Part shown: positions 50,654 through 63,734 of the stretch, piece by piece | Numbering within the stretch: position 1 is the stretch's first letter | Layout: each line of letters begins with the position of its first letter | From: Saccostrea cucullata | Taxonomy: Eukaryota | NCBI RefSeq assembly: GCF_032062105.1 | Contig: NW_026921639.1 | Coordinates: forward strand, 1 to 64,000 | Reading direction: 5' to 3' | DNA: 64,000 nucleotides | Position numbers and translations under genes: made by a program | Notes under the pieces: model-generated | What the model was told of the DNA's origin: nothing | The model's input: only the letters and a program-made list of their open reading frames with translations | Databases searched by the model: none

Positions 50654-53496
50654 GTACAAGGATTTCGAGGTAACCTTACAAAATGCACAAGTAGTTACAG
50701 TCCAGGTGTCTCCTGAACTTCTGGAAAACTATAATTCCTAAGGTTTTACTGATTTTTTTTTCTTTAAACAAAACTGCCTCATTAACTTTTATATTGAGAC
50801 TTATTTTTTAAATAAAAACAGCTTTTAATATTAACTTCAAAATATTTTTATATTATGGTCATTTATATAAATTTTACGATTGTTTAGATACTGATGCTAA
50901 AACTTTCGCTAAAACATTAATTATACAAGCCGTAATGGATCAGTCCGACTCCCCAATTGAAGTTGAACATGAAGTTGAACATGGTTCAACAGAAAAGGAC
51001 AACGAGCTTCCAGGTATCATAAACATAATTTTAATTTCAATCATAAAATTTAACCTTGTTTTTTTTTATACATAAATCATAATTTGAATTTTTGTACAAA
51101 TACATTTTTTATTTCAAGTTTCACTGATTTTACTGGTTTTATAGACATTACACCAACAGACACTGCTGGGCCTAGTGTATCTGGCATCTCCTCACCTTTA
51201 CCCATGCCACCTGGATGGTCAGAGAAAGCAGAAAATGTTTACTAGATTTTTTTCGCGAGGTCAGCAAGCAACCAGTAAAAAATAAGTGGCTCTAAATTGC
51301 AGGAAAAATGAAAGGTGTTGGATTTAATTATTCTTCTGAGCAGTGTCGGCTTAAAATCAAATCACTAAAAGAAAGACATGTCAGACTTTCGAAAAAGAGG
51401 TGTACATCAGGGGAGGGTGGAGTCGAGGACGTCTTGGAAGATAAGATGGCCGAGACATTCTCTACTCCAGACTCCAAGCCCGTACATATCTCTAAATCTG
51501 GTAAGTAAAACTATAAAATCTCTCTTATTATATTTTTATTTTTAAAAAATAGTATTGGTCTATACTGTATCATTAAATTTTTCTTCGAAAAATCCTATCA
51601 TTTCGAATAACTTGAATGATTTTTTTCATTAAGGCAAAGGCAATTCAGATGCCCCGAGTTCCAGTGACACAAGTGATGAGAAGCTGCAACCCGTTGCAAA
51701 GAAAGCGAAAAAATGTGGTAAGAAATTGTATTTGTAACTGGTTTACTGGTTTTGAAAAAAATTATTAAATTGACATTGCATATGCAATAGCATAAAAGAC
51801 TTAAATTATTTTCAACATTCTGGATAGATAAAAGTCATATATTCCTTGAGACAACCAGTGCATCCAAGCGGCTTTGGGGTGTCATCACTGCATAGCTCAA
51901 TGTAACTGCAGAGAAGGACTGCTAAATCTTCTGTTTAAACGTCAGATTGGTTCTTTCTTGAAAAATCAATGGTCTTTCACTAAAGTTTCATACTTGATCA
52001 TTTTCCCGGAAACTACTCCTAGACACCTTGTAATGGTTAAAGAGAAACTCACCGAGTTCAAATTTCACCCAAGGTGCAAGAATGGGTGTTAGATTAATGG
52101 TATATTTTTCATTAGGTCACCTGAGTTAACTCAGGTGACCTATTGCTATCCGTTTTCGTCCGTCGTCGTGCGTCGTGTGTCGTGTGTTAACATTTGAACA
52201 TTTTCAGCTTCTTCTCTGAAACTACTGAACCAATTTTAACCAAATTTGGCATACATCATCTATGGGTAAAGGGGAACAAAAATTGTGAATTTCATGGTCC
52301 CTGCCCCCCTGGGGCCTTAGGGGTGGGGCCAAAACCACTAAAATTAGTGCAATCTTTAAAAATCTTCTTCTTTACTCCTGGACATCAAGCAGTCAAACTG
52401 TTGGTATGATTGTAATCAGCATTGAGTCCTCTACCAAAATTGTGAAATTCATGGCCCCAGGGTCAGGGGTCTAGTGCTAGGGTGGGGCTCTATTGATTCT
52501 ATAGTGAAAATGCATTAATTCTTTGAAAATCTTCTTCTCTGCTCCTGGTTAATAAATAAACTAACTAAGAACATTGTTATGATGAGCAAGAGTGTCTCTC
52601 TCAGATTTGTGAATTTTATGGCCCCAGGGTCAGGGGTTCTGGTGTTAGGGCGGGGCTCTGTTGATTATATAGTGAAAATGCATTAATTCTTTGAAAATCT
52701 TCTTCTCTGCTCCTGGGTATCGAATAAATCAACTAAGTACAGAGTTATTATAAGCAAGAGTGCCTCTTTCAGATTTGTGAATTTTATGGCCCCAGGGTCA
52801 GGGGTTCTGGTGTTAGGGCGGGGCTCTATTGATTATATAGTGAAAATGCATTAATTCTTTGAAAATCTTCTTCTCTGCTCCTGGGTATTGAACAAACCAA
52901 CTAAGTACATTGTTATGATGAGCAAGAGTGCCTCTTTCAGATTTGTGAATTTTATAGCCCCGGGGTCAGGGGTCCTGGTGTTAGGGCGGGGCTCTATTGA
53001 TTATATAGTGAAAATGCATTACTTCTTTGAAAATCTTCTTCTCTGCTCCTGGGTATTGAATAAACTAACTAGTAAGTACATTCATATGATGAGCAAGAAT
53101 GCCTCTTTCAGATTTGTGATTTGTAATAGCCCCAAGGTCAGGGGTTCTGGTGTTAGGGCGGGGCTCTATTGATTATGTAGTGAAAATGCATTACTTCTTT
53201 GAAAATCTTCTCTGTTCCTGTGTATTAAATTAACTAAGTACAAAAGTTGTTACATGATCTTCAGGTGACCTATAAGGCCCGTGGGCCTCTTGTTTCCAAA
53301 GTGTATAACATTTCATTCAGTAAATGTAATGAATTACATAATTGATAATTACAATAATGATTTTTCAGATAAAATGCCAACTGTAATGAATATACTGGAG
53401 AGAGCAAAGAAGGAATCGGAAAAGCGTCACAGAGATAAAATGGAAATCATGAAGGGATTTATAGACATAATGTCAAAGATGGTGAAAAAGAAATGA
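50654..53496 (+). pseudogene. Spliced Myb/SANT-like gene of a Harbinger element
   Basis: PPGWSEKAE...IAGKMKGVGFNYSSEQCRLKIKSLKERH; GT-AG bounded exons; last exon ERAKKESEKRHRDKMEIMKGFIDIMSK; stop and frameshift in the Myb exon. Confidence 0.65.
52111..53294. mobile_element. HINE/Helentron-type element carrying a ~167-bp satellite array (about 5 units)
   Basis: Hairpin AGGTCACCTGAG-TTAA-CTCAGGTGACCT, (GTC)-type microsatellite, repeats at ~167-bp spacing, end CAGGTGACC..GGCCC-GT-GGGCCTCTTGTT. Confidence 0.8.
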
Positions 53497-53552
53497 AGGA
53501 CAATTACTCTGAAACGACAATTTTATACTTTTTTCTTTGAAATTCGAAAGCA

Positions 53553-53744
53553 ACAGGTCCTTCGGATGAGACCGTATAAACCGAGGCCCCGTGTCGCAGT
53601 AGGTGCTGGCACGTAAAAGATCCCTCACTGGTCAAAGGCCCTGAGTGCCGAGCACAGGACAACATTTGTAGCCCTCCACCGGCAAGTGGTGGCGTCTCCA
53701 TATGAGTGAAAAAGGGACGTAAAACAACATACAAATCAATCAAT
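53553..53744 (+). mobile_element. 5'-truncated SINE related to 21271-21619
   Basis: GGTCCTTCGGATGAGACC...CATATGAGTGAAAA...(CAAT)n; flanking repeat TCGAAAGCA. Confidence 0.8.
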
Positions 53745-53989
53745 CGAAAGCAGCATTATTGTTAGTTATTTTCCAAGTGCCACATAGGAGTGTCTATTAT
53801 TTTTGTTATGATTTATTTCTTTAATGAAATTTTTTTTTCAAGTGACTGTTTCATTTGGAGCTAATGGAGTCTATTAAGAGCCCTTTTAAAAAAAACTGGT
53901 CAACATATGTATTTATTGTATTTTATACATTATTCACTTTTAATCAAGTTAACCTTTCAGAAACATTGTTCAATTAGACAATCTGTTTG

Positions 53990-54950
53990 TAATCGTTATT
54001 CTTTTCAATGGTCCTTGTGCATCTTGTACTGCCAACTGCATCGGATTTACATCCTGATTTTCATCTCGATCGGTCAAGGAATTCTAGTTCCTCTCCACTG
54101 GAAATGCACACATTGTGAAGGATGCATGCTGCCTGTATAATTTCATAAGTATTCTTAATTGTTCTATTATTAATGTATTTTAATCTGCGGAGGCGACCTT
54201 TTAGCAGTCCAAATGCCCGTTCAATAATTTGTCTTTTGGATGAGAGACATTTGTTGAAATATGTCTGCTGTCTGGTAAGATGTCCTGTATCTCTGTAAGG
54301 GGTTAAAAGCCAGACTCTTTAAGGGTTAGCTGAATCTCCAAGCAGGTGAAACCGGCCAAAATCACATTTTTGGTAACCCGAATCCCATACGTCAGAATTT
54401 TTCAAAACTTTGGCATCGTGGACTCTGCCAGGCCAACCAATATTAGTATGAATAAATTCCATATCATCTTTGCATATGCCTTGAAGTATAACTGAGTGAA
54501 ATCTTTTCCTGTTGTAATATGACTGGGGGTTTTCTGAAGGTGGTTCAATTTGGATACGAGATCCGTCAATGGCTCCAATGATTCCAGGAAAGTCGTTGAA
54601 GTTGGTAGCAATCATATCCATTTCTGTTACACATGGCCATTTTATGAATTTACTCAAGAGATTGTTGATGATACATTTAACCACCAGATTTTTATGCTTC
54701 GGAAAAGTGAATTCTGTCAACCCGAATCTATCACTAATTTCCATAGTATTTTCTTGGGATGCTAAGTACCGTAATGTCATCAAAATTTTCTTCTCTGTCT
54801 GGATTTCCTCTCTGCCTCCTCTGTACTCCCTTTTCTAAGCTCTGGACATCGTCCAAGGTGCTGGTATAATATCTCCGCGGTACCTCTGGAAACTCTAAAA
54901 AATCTTCTAAATGTATCTGGGAGAAACAACGGAACAGTTGTTTCAAAGAA
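53990..54950 (-). pseudogene. PIF/Harbinger DDE transposase (HARBI1-like), frameshifted
   Basis: FPGIIGAIDGS, YYNRKRFHSVILQG, GWPGRVHDA, LLGDSA, FNKCLSSKRQIIERAFGLLKGR. Confidence 0.85.
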
Positions 54951-56654
54951 GTGTTGAGTTTTTATTCTTGTCCTTCTTGCCCTGCAGAGAGAGAACGAAA
55001 ATCACGATTCCATAAGCAGTGATAACCCATAGGTGTCGGTAGCAAATTAATATATTAAAAGTGGGGTGGCTGATTGACAAAAGGGGGGGGGGCTTAACCA
55101 ACGAAAAAGGTACGCCCCAATTTTTCAAAGTGTATATTACGTCTGTCTTTGAAAAAAGGCCCCCCCCCCATCCGATTCCGATGCATATGTGTATCATAAT
55201 GACACGTTCAATAGCCTATGTTTTTATTTAATACTAAATAATGCGAGCCAGGGTATATTTTTAATCAAGAATGCCTCACCTGTGATCAAGCATTAAGGCC
55301 TTTGTAGGCAAAGTAAAATCGTCGTCATCCAAAACCCAGCTTATTTTATCGTATTTAAAGCCACCAATGAAGTAAGCTTTGTGATTTTTCATTAACTATG
55401 ATGTGTAGGCAATGCATAATACTCGTTTTCTAGTCATATGTATTTTTTTAACTGTCGTATTGAGTCACTTGACACTTGGCGCGTTTTTGTCTGTCTTTGT
55501 TTCGATCGTTAAATTTCATTGCAACAATTGATTGATAATTGCATTACAAGTAGAGCTTTTTTAAAAAAGATTACCGTCTTTTGCAACAATTTTAAACAGT
55601 ACACAGATCTACACTTATCAGGCCGTATAATTTTTTTTGAATTTCTTCATTTTGTTTTTCTAAATTAGCTTTTTACGGGCATTAGCCCTACCATGGTTGT
55701 CGCTCGGTCATTTCCGTAAACTTTGACTGAGAGCTTTCGGCAAACCTCGGCTGATTCCCATTCTCTCTTCAAACAAGAAAGGGGAAAAGAATAATAACAA
55801 ATTGTAAAGCCTGCAAGCATTAACAATCAAATTTCATTTATAATGAAATCAAAGAGACCTTTTTGTTTATTGCTATAAAAAATATCATGTTATTAAGAAA
55901 TAATTACTGCTGATTTTGTTGTTCGTTTTGTCAGTTTTTTAAGATTGGAAATCTTGCAAAATTGTTAAGTCGTACGAAAATTAGATCATCAGAAAATAAT
56001 CTCCCTTGCCTTGAACAGCATTTCAACCAATGAAATAATTGAAAATTTTCTCATCATGCAATTTCTACCAATCACAAAAGAGAGGAAGTGCATAGTCCGA
56101 AGACTGTAAAAAACTTCAACTATACAATACCGTCTTCCAAGGAAGACGGTAATGAATACATCTGTAACCATGCTAGGGATTAACCATGTTGATGTCAGCT
56201 TATTAATTCATGGAAATTATTTCGTTAGAATAGCCTTTTCTTTAGATTTGTTGAAAATTTAAAACTATGGAAAGCCACTCTAGTCATATTTTTATTGTGT
56301 ATGTTTTGTATCGACATATTGTTTACATTCTTGTATTGTTTGTTTGTAGTTTTTCACCCTCTCCGGGGGTTAGAATGTAATCAACACATTCAACATTGCA
56401 CAGTTCCCAAAATAGGTATGTTTCCAACATATATATATGTTAAAAATTAAACTATTCTTATTTGTATTTTATGCCCTTCCATGAATATGGCCAGGTCACA
56501 AAACCTTATTTTCTGTCAATCTTCTTTCCTCCCTTCTTCCGTCACACTTTGCAAACTGTTTAGCGTAAAAAAAAAAATTCAACCAAATTTTTAATTTTAA
56601 TCAAATTTCAGACTGAGACATATTCATCATGTATCTTTCCGCTTTCCCACAGAC

Positions 56655-57150
56655 ACTAATACTAATTGGACACAATATCAAAACGTTTGACTGTCCTGTT
56701 TTGTACAATGCATTGAAGGCAAATGTGGACTGCATTTAGCAATCTGGTTTGTGGCTTTTTGATGTTAGAGTTATTAAAACACAGTCATCCTGGATTTGAT
56801 ACTTATAGCCAGGAATCACTAAAGAGAAACCCAAGAATTAAAGCTCATAATGCCACTGACGACGCCTTCAGCTGATTGAGCAAAAGGGCCAAGTTAACCG
56901 GGAAACGGTAGAGAATTTTATATTTCCATTGCGCTTATCCAAGTGATTTTCAGCAAGAGCAGGACAATTTGAAAACATTCATGGATGCCATACGGTGTAA
57001 GGCTATTTCTAAAGCAATGGCTACCAAAGCTGCTCGTTCTAACTTAAAACTATCCCGGCTGAGGCTTGTGGTTGATAGAGATTGATCTGATGGATTACAA
57101 GCATAGCTCTCGGAACCTACTCAGTCCGGCAAACCAAGAGTTTTATCATG
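56655..57150 (+). pseudogene. DEDDh 3'-5' exonuclease remnant (PML C-terminal-like, transposon-associated type)
   Basis: IGHNIKTFD (ExoII-like), PGFDTYSQESL, AHNATDDA (ExoIII-like), ISKAMATKAARSNL...KPRV; several stops and frameshifts. Confidence 0.55.
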
Positions 57151-58526
57151 TTCCAAAGTTGCTCAGAGAATATGACCCATGAAAACTGAATCAACTCTTA
57201 GATGTTAGTACAGTGTATGTGCACTATAATCTGCTTCTGTACAGCAATTGACTTTTATGAGATTGTACTATGATACTAAGATCTATAAACAAAAATAGAA
57301 TGTTTTTGTAAAGGGATATTTCTTGAATTTTAAAACCTGCTCCTGTATGGTAGCTAATGGTGAGATTTGAGCACATGCAGTTTGAATTTGAAAGTGTTAT
57401 TGACCAAAGATGTACATCTCTTTCTCAGCAGACTATGAGTATATTATGATGACATAATTTATGTTTTGAGTAATACCCTGGACTGTTTTCTAACATATCG
57501 GATACTAGTATACATTTACATGTATTTTATGCATATACAATGTACATGTCATGCATACAATACTAAGGACAATGTTTAAAGTGATTTGGAACGAAGATAC
57601 TCCTAGTATGCATTTCAATTACTGTATCTTATTACTGTCCAATGAAACTTTTACACCAAAATTAATTAATTTTTCTTATTGGAACTTATACTGTAGTCAA
57701 GTGTACTTCAATAGAATGAATTTTTATTGCTGCAGCAGACAGTGTGAGTATTGCATACTCAGCATTTTATGTACAATTGACTAGGTACATGTACATGTGT
57801 ATTTGTTATAAATAATGGTTATGCGAGCAATTCTCATTTTTAGAAAAAAATTATTTTACATGCAATAGATATTTTGTTGTCTTATTTTGCTTCAGAGTTA
57901 TCCATTTTGTTGAATGTTGAAAAAGAAGATGTGCATTTCTAGATTTCAAAACAGAACTTAACAAGGGCACCGCCAAGCGGAGCATCCCCTCGCGAGAGCA
58001 ACTTCACTGGAAATGGCAAGATCTCGTAGAAGATAAATTCTCTCGAGGGACGTTAAACATGTTAAAGATTGATAGTACAATGTATTTTGTTTAATGTCCC
58101 TATCAGGAATTTTTTGCTCAAATGAAGGCTTTTCAGCGGAGAGCTGCACATTCTTTCCTATAATAGAAACTGACGATCTTTTTGTGCCAGCATCTATAGA
58201 GACATGGGTCCATGGTTTAAACGCAATCGGATCACCTCGCCCTTTTCCGTCGCACACTAGAAAAAAGACTCGGAAGTAAGCGTATGAATAATGCTCGAAT
58301 TGAGCAGTTTAGCGAAAGGATTCGTATTAGTGCGGCAAAATTTAAGTCCAATTAAAATGAGTTTTAATTTGGTTGTTTCTGCATATTTTACAAAAAGATG
58401 AATTATAATAATATAGAAACAAAAACTTATTGTCGTTTTTTCTTTAATTTAACTTATATTAAAAAGAACTATAACATTGGTCATTGCGTCATTGAAAATA
58501 TGTAAACATTACCACGTGAAGTTTAA

Positions 58527-58855
58527 AGCAAGTTCCAAGAACATCTTGAATACGCTAAAAAGCATGTTGGTTTTGACTTTGGTTTTAAAGAAAAACAGGT
58601 TAAAGCTCTCCAATCTTTGTACAATTGTAAAGACACAGTTGTAATTGTGCCCACCGGATATGGAAAAAGTGCAATTTTCCAAGTGTTGCCGTTTTTAATG
58701 CAGAGGAAATTCGAGTTACCAAGACCTATAATTGTTGTTGTTGTTGCACCCCTAAATTCGCTGATGCAGGATCAGGTGCAAGGTTTAGCTGCAAGGGGCA
58801 CTCCAGCCTGCTATATTGACATCGCAGAAACTCGAGCGACTACATATACAAATGA
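58527..58855 (+). pseudogene. RecQ-like SF2 helicase exon (Academ-type)
   Basis: KEKQ (Q motif), VPTGYGKS (Walker A), VVVVAPLNSLMQDQV (motif Ia); GTAAG donor at 58856; no downstream helicase exons found. Confidence 0.7.
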
Positions 58856-58879
58856 GTAAGTGCACCATCACAGATAATT

Positions 58880-59480
58880 TTGCAGTTTGGTGCATATCCT
58901 ACTACAAGATAAATTATGTCAACATTCACTGTTATTACGCATGTCTACATACAAGATTGTTACAGCATGCAAGTTTCCAATATTATGAAAACTTAAATTT
59001 ATTTATATGGGTAAATTATTTAACATACCAGCGTCTGATATCATATACATGCAAGATTCAACAAAATTATGTTGACATGCAACTTTATTATTTAATATGT
59101 TTACATGGGATATAATTCTGTAAACATGCAAGATATAATTTATGTCAACTTGCAACATATTTATGTGAACATGCAAGTAAATTATGTTAACATGCAAGAT
59201 ACTTGTGTTAACATGCAAGATAATATGTAGACATGCAGGATGTTCACATGCAACTTATTCATGTCAACATGCGAGTTATATTTTTACATAAATGATATTT
59301 ATGGCATCATCATACATGATAATAAGTTGCATATCTTGCACGTTGACATAAATAAGTCTCTGTGGACATAATTATCTTGCATGTTCACAGAAGTTGCTTC
59401 TCTACATAATTATCTTGCACGTTCACACAAAATGAAATAAGTTGCAAGTTTATATAAAATGTTGTGCATCTTGCATCAAT
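58880..59480. repeat. Degenerate ~20-bp repeat array in fold-back arrangement (MITE-like)
   Basis: ACATGCAAGAT(A)ATT(T)ATGT units in the left half and reverse-complement units (ACATAATTATCTTGCA) in the right half. Confidence 0.55.
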
Positions 59481-60382
59481 GATATCAGATACAACTGGCA
59501 TTTACGGAAGCGTAAATGGCTCTACACTTGTTGTGTTATAACTCGATATATAATCTTAATTTTTATTGTCTTATTGACATGTAACGTGTTATGACTATTT
59601 TACTTTTACCTATATGTTGTGTTATATCTAAATATTTTTACATAATTTAAAGCGTTTATTTCTGTTTGATAGTTTTTATTGCTAAAAGTTAAATCGAGTG
59701 AACAAAATATCTATTTGAAAAATATTGACATTGAAATTATATCGATATATGTAATTATACATGAAGCAATAAAAATTTTTATATATTAGATATTTTGACA
59801 TAAATTTGTCGATATATCCAGGGAGAAGTATTGTTATTGAAATAGCTTAGCGGGCGCGGGAATTCCTAAGACCAAAACTTTGTTTTACTGAAGGGATTCG
59901 GAGATAGCACATTTGAACGTTCATGGGAGAAAAAGAAATGAAAAAGATCTTGGAAAGTAAGTGTTTTTATTACCATTCAAGGACATGTACAATTTTTATT
60001 TATTAAGCCTTATTTACACGGTCTGACTTGTAAGATGTGATTTCACCTCGGACACCAGTGTTTTATTTACATTGTATAATTTGTCAGTAACGTACTACCT
60101 TTCCATTTCTTTATGAAAACAGCTTATACTGTACCATTTTAACACAAAAAATACTGGTTAGGGCATTTTGCATATTATGCAATAAGTAAAGAGTAATGGA
60201 AGAACAACTTTGTTTCAATTTTTTCAGATGAATTTACTTCGTAGTATTATTTGTTAACCAATTCACTTTCATGGCATTATCAATTCAAGTACACGGAATG
60301 ATATTTATTCCTCCTTGCATGATTTGGCCATGTAATATACATGTACATGTATCACTGAAATCATAAATTATCTGGAGCAAAA

Positions 60383-60598
60383 CAGGGACGTAGCATCCGG
60401 GGGGCCAGGGGGGGGGGGCTGCCCAGCCCCCCCACTTTTTTCCCCAACATAACCTTTACTATAGTAAATGTTCATCATGACTTTACTTTAATAATACATG
60501 TTGAAATAAAATTTGACAAACACTATATCAAATCAGTATATCATTGCATTATGTTATATGTGTGATCCCCCACTTTCAGAAACGATGCTACGTGCCTG
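60383..60598. mobile_element. MITE
   Basis: TIR CAGG(G/C)ACGTAGCATC; CAAAA on both flanks; a related end at 5547. Confidence 0.65.
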
Positions 60599-60955
60599 CA
60601 AAAGTTCGGGGGAAATATGTTTTAATTGTGCCTAATTCAGATAACCAGGTAACCTTTCTGACCTTGCTGATGATTGGTTGAAACCATCTGACTTCATATC
60701 TGGCTTAAGATTTTCCAATTTACACGTTATGATATGTAAGAGGTGGCAAGTCACATAATTATGACAAATAGTAGTTCTGTTTCATTTTATCCTTGGGGGG
60801 GGGGGTTAGTAAGTAGTACAAATAAGTAAATAAGTACAGTGGATGAAATTTAAAACACTGGAACTTTATGCCTAAAAAATGAATGCGACATTGCTTCCAA
60901 AGAAAAAATTCTCTGTTGACACTCTTATTCATTGCATTAATATTACATATTACAG

Positions 60956-62194
60956 ATGACCAGCCTACTGACAGGAGTCTGTTTATTCCATTTTATTCCA
61001 AGCGTATGCTGCATGGAACAAACAGAGATCAATCAACTGACACAACATTATTTTCGTTTGGGATACAAGTATAATGAGATCATTGGATTTATGTTTTGTG
61101 TCCATGGTATAACATTGAGTTTAGGACATTTAAAAAGAGTTCTGCGTCGGTTGGGTCTACGAAGGAAAAATATGGAAAGTCCTTTGATTGTAATCATGGA
61201 GACTATTATTTTTCTCCATCAAGAAGGGTATGTTAACTTGGGATACAGAGCAATGTGGAAATTGGTGAATGTTGTGTGCAAAGTCAGAACAACGCAAGAA
61301 ACAGTTCGTCAAGTTTTAAAAGCAATCAGTCCAAATGCTGTGGCTCAGAGGTCTCGTCATCGTCTTCAACGAAGGTTATATTACAATAAGGGGCCTAATT
61401 TTTTAATTCATATTGACGGATATGATAAACTGAAACCTTTTGGAATTAGTATTCATGGGGCAATTGATGGATATTCGAGGAAAATCCTTTGGCTTGAAGC
61501 ATCAAATACAAATAACAACCCGAGAATTGTTGCTAGATACTACATGAACTACATACGAAAACTAAAAAGAGTCCCTCGAGTTGTTCGTTCAGATCGTGGA
61601 ACTGAGAACGGTATTATAAAGGACTTTCAAACATTCTTTAGGAGAGACCACACAGATGCAATGCATGGTGAAAAAAGCTTCCAGTACGGATCTTCCACCT
61701 CTAATCAAAGGATAGAGATGCTCTGGAGTTTTTTAATGAAAAACTTTACACATTTCTGGAGAATTTTTTTCAAAGATTTGAGAGACGGGGGACATTTTAA
61801 CGATGCCAACCCTGAACAGTGTAACTGTCTGCGGTTTTCTTTTCTCCCCTTAATACAATTGAGGCTTGATTTATTCAAACATCTATGGAATACACATAGG
61901 ATAAGATCGCAGAGAAATTCTGAAGTTCCCTGTGGTATACCAGATGTGCTATACAACCAGCCTGTTATGTATGGAGATGTAGAATGTTCCTTTAGATTAC
62001 CATATGGCAGCGAAAATCTTGACATTTTAAGTGAACTCTGCACTGAAGCACCTGATGAAAGGGGATGTCCGAATAGTTTTTGGTGCGAACTGGAACGTCG
62101 CTGCAATCTAAACCGAGACGAATTTAGAAGAATTATTCCTGAAAATGTTCCTGACGCATTGCTTTTATATCAAACCCTTTTATGCATTTTTTAA
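60956..62194 (+). CDS. Integrase-core DDE transposase (IS3/IS481-like, IS3EU-type), intact 412-aa ORF
   Basis: N-terminal HTH-like LGYKYNEI..LKRVLRRLGL and LGYRAMW; GPNFLIHIDGYDKL (D1), VRSDRGTEN (D2), NQRIE (E), WNTHRIR; preceded by a TTACAG acceptor. Confidence 0.8.
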   Translation: MTSLLTGVCLFHFIPSVCCMEQTEINQLTQHYFRLGYKYNEIIGFMFCVHGITLSLGHLKRVLRRLGLRRKNMESPLIVIMETIIFLHQEGYVNLGYRAMWKLVNVVCKVRTTQETVRQVLKAISPNAVAQRSRHRLQRRLYYNKGPNFLIHIDGYDKLKPFGISIHGAIDGYSRKILWLEASNTNNNPRIVARYYMNYIRKLKRVPRVVRSDRGTENGIIKDFQTFFRRDHTDAMHGEKSFQYGSSTSNQRIEMLWSFLMKNFTHFWRIFFKDLRDGGHFNDANPEQCNCLRFSFLPLIQLRLDLFKHLWNTHRIRSQRNSEVPCGIPDVLYNQPVMYGDVECSFRLPYGSENLDILSELCTEAPDERGCPNSFWCELERRCNLNRDEFRRIIPENVPDALLLYQTLLCIF

Positions 62195-62856
62195 AAACAA
62201 AAATCAAAACCTAATTTTCACCACTTGATTGGAAGTTCAATTTTATTCATGACTTCATAAACTTTTTCTATGTTAACTTTTTTTATCTTTGATATTGTGG
62301 AAATAAAAATATTTCTGTCCCTTTAAGAAAATTATATGGACCATGTTTATATCATACTGAAATACAGACACCTTTATGTCATGCAATACACAGTGGAAAA
62401 GTTGCATCTTAACACCCCCCCCCTTTACTTGGGCCCTTCTGCACAATGATGTAAGACAACACACTATAAAATAATTTAAAAAAACATGTATTGACAATAG
62501 AATAAAATCTAACTTGTGAAGAAAAATCGTGAATACCCAAAAAAAATCGCTCCATAAAAACACCCCACTATGTCATATCGAACATGTATACATGTAGTGC
62601 GGTATTTCTTATTGAGTGATTATTTTCGGGTTTCAAGATTTTATCCTATAATACACACGAAGAATAAGTGTAATAGATAAATATAATTGTGAAAAAATTC
62701 AGCCACTTAGCATCGTTTTTGAAAGGGGCAGACAGAGAATTTTTTTTACTTACCTGAAAAAGTTGACAAGCAAAAAAATAAATAAAAAAAATAAAAGAAC
62801 TTGCAAAGTCGAAAATTGGGGGGGGGGGCAGTTCAAATTAAAGAATCAAAAAGCAA

Positions 62857-63734
62857 ATCGGTTATTCAAAGGTACTCTGTGGGTGAAGTATGAGCCAGAT
62901 TGGGCCAAGGAGAGAAAAGATATGCTCGGGACAAGAATTTTTCATGCAAGTCTGCTATGACCTTGACCTTTGACGTAGAAACATGGTTCAAGGTCATTGC
63001 ACATCGGTTATTCAAAGGTACTCTGTGGGTGAATTATGAGTCAGATTGGGCCAAGGAGAGAAAAGATATGCTCCGGACAAGAATTTTTCATATGAATCTG
63101 CTATGACCTTGACCTTTGATCTAGAAACAAGGTTCAAGGTCACTGCACACCGGTTACCCAAGGGCACTCTGTGGGTGAAGTATGAGCCAGATTGTACCAA
63201 GGAGAGAAAAGATATGCTCCGGACAAGAATTTTTCATATGTCTGCTATCACTTTGACCTTGACCTAGAAACTTGGTTCAAGGTTACTGCTCACTGGTTAT
63301 TCAAAAGTACTCTGTGGGTGAAATATGAGGCAGATTGGGCCAAGGAGAGAAAGGATATGCTCCGGCCAAGGATTTTTCACACAATTCTGCTATGACCTTG
63401 ACCTAGAAACATGGTTCAAGGTCACTGCACACCAGTTACCCAAGGGCACTCTGTAGATGAATTATGAGCCAGATTGGGCCAAGGAGAGAAAAGATATGCT
63501 CCGGACAAGAATTTTTCATATAAGTCTGTTATGACCTTGACCTTTGACCTAGAAACATGGTTCAAGGTCACTGCACACCGGTTACCCAAATGCACTCTGT
63601 GGGTGAGGTATGAGCCAGATTGGGCCAAGGAGAGAGAAGATATGCTCCGGACAAGAGATCTCGGACGGACTGACGGACGGACAAACGGACGGACAGACTG
63701 ATCACTATAGGGCGCCCGCCAAGCAGGGCCCTAG
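62857..63734. mobile_element. HINE/Helentron-type element with a ~140-146-bp tandem array (5-6 units)
   Basis: Units at ~62857, 63003, 63149, 63292, 63431 and 63577; (GGAC)n microsatellite and terminal hairpin TAGGGC...GCCCTA. Confidence 0.8.

Noticed and set aside
57958-58257. 99-aa ORF divergent from the RecQ exon
   Set aside because: Starts with GTG and has no recognisable domain, so a call cannot be supported
58880-59480. CRISPR-like short repeats
   Set aside because: Degenerate, no spacers, fold-back layout typical of a MITE
62857-63660. CRISPR-like array or repeat-protein ORFs
   Set aside because: Whole units repeat with no unique spacers; eukaryotic satellite within a HINE; the ORFs are incidental
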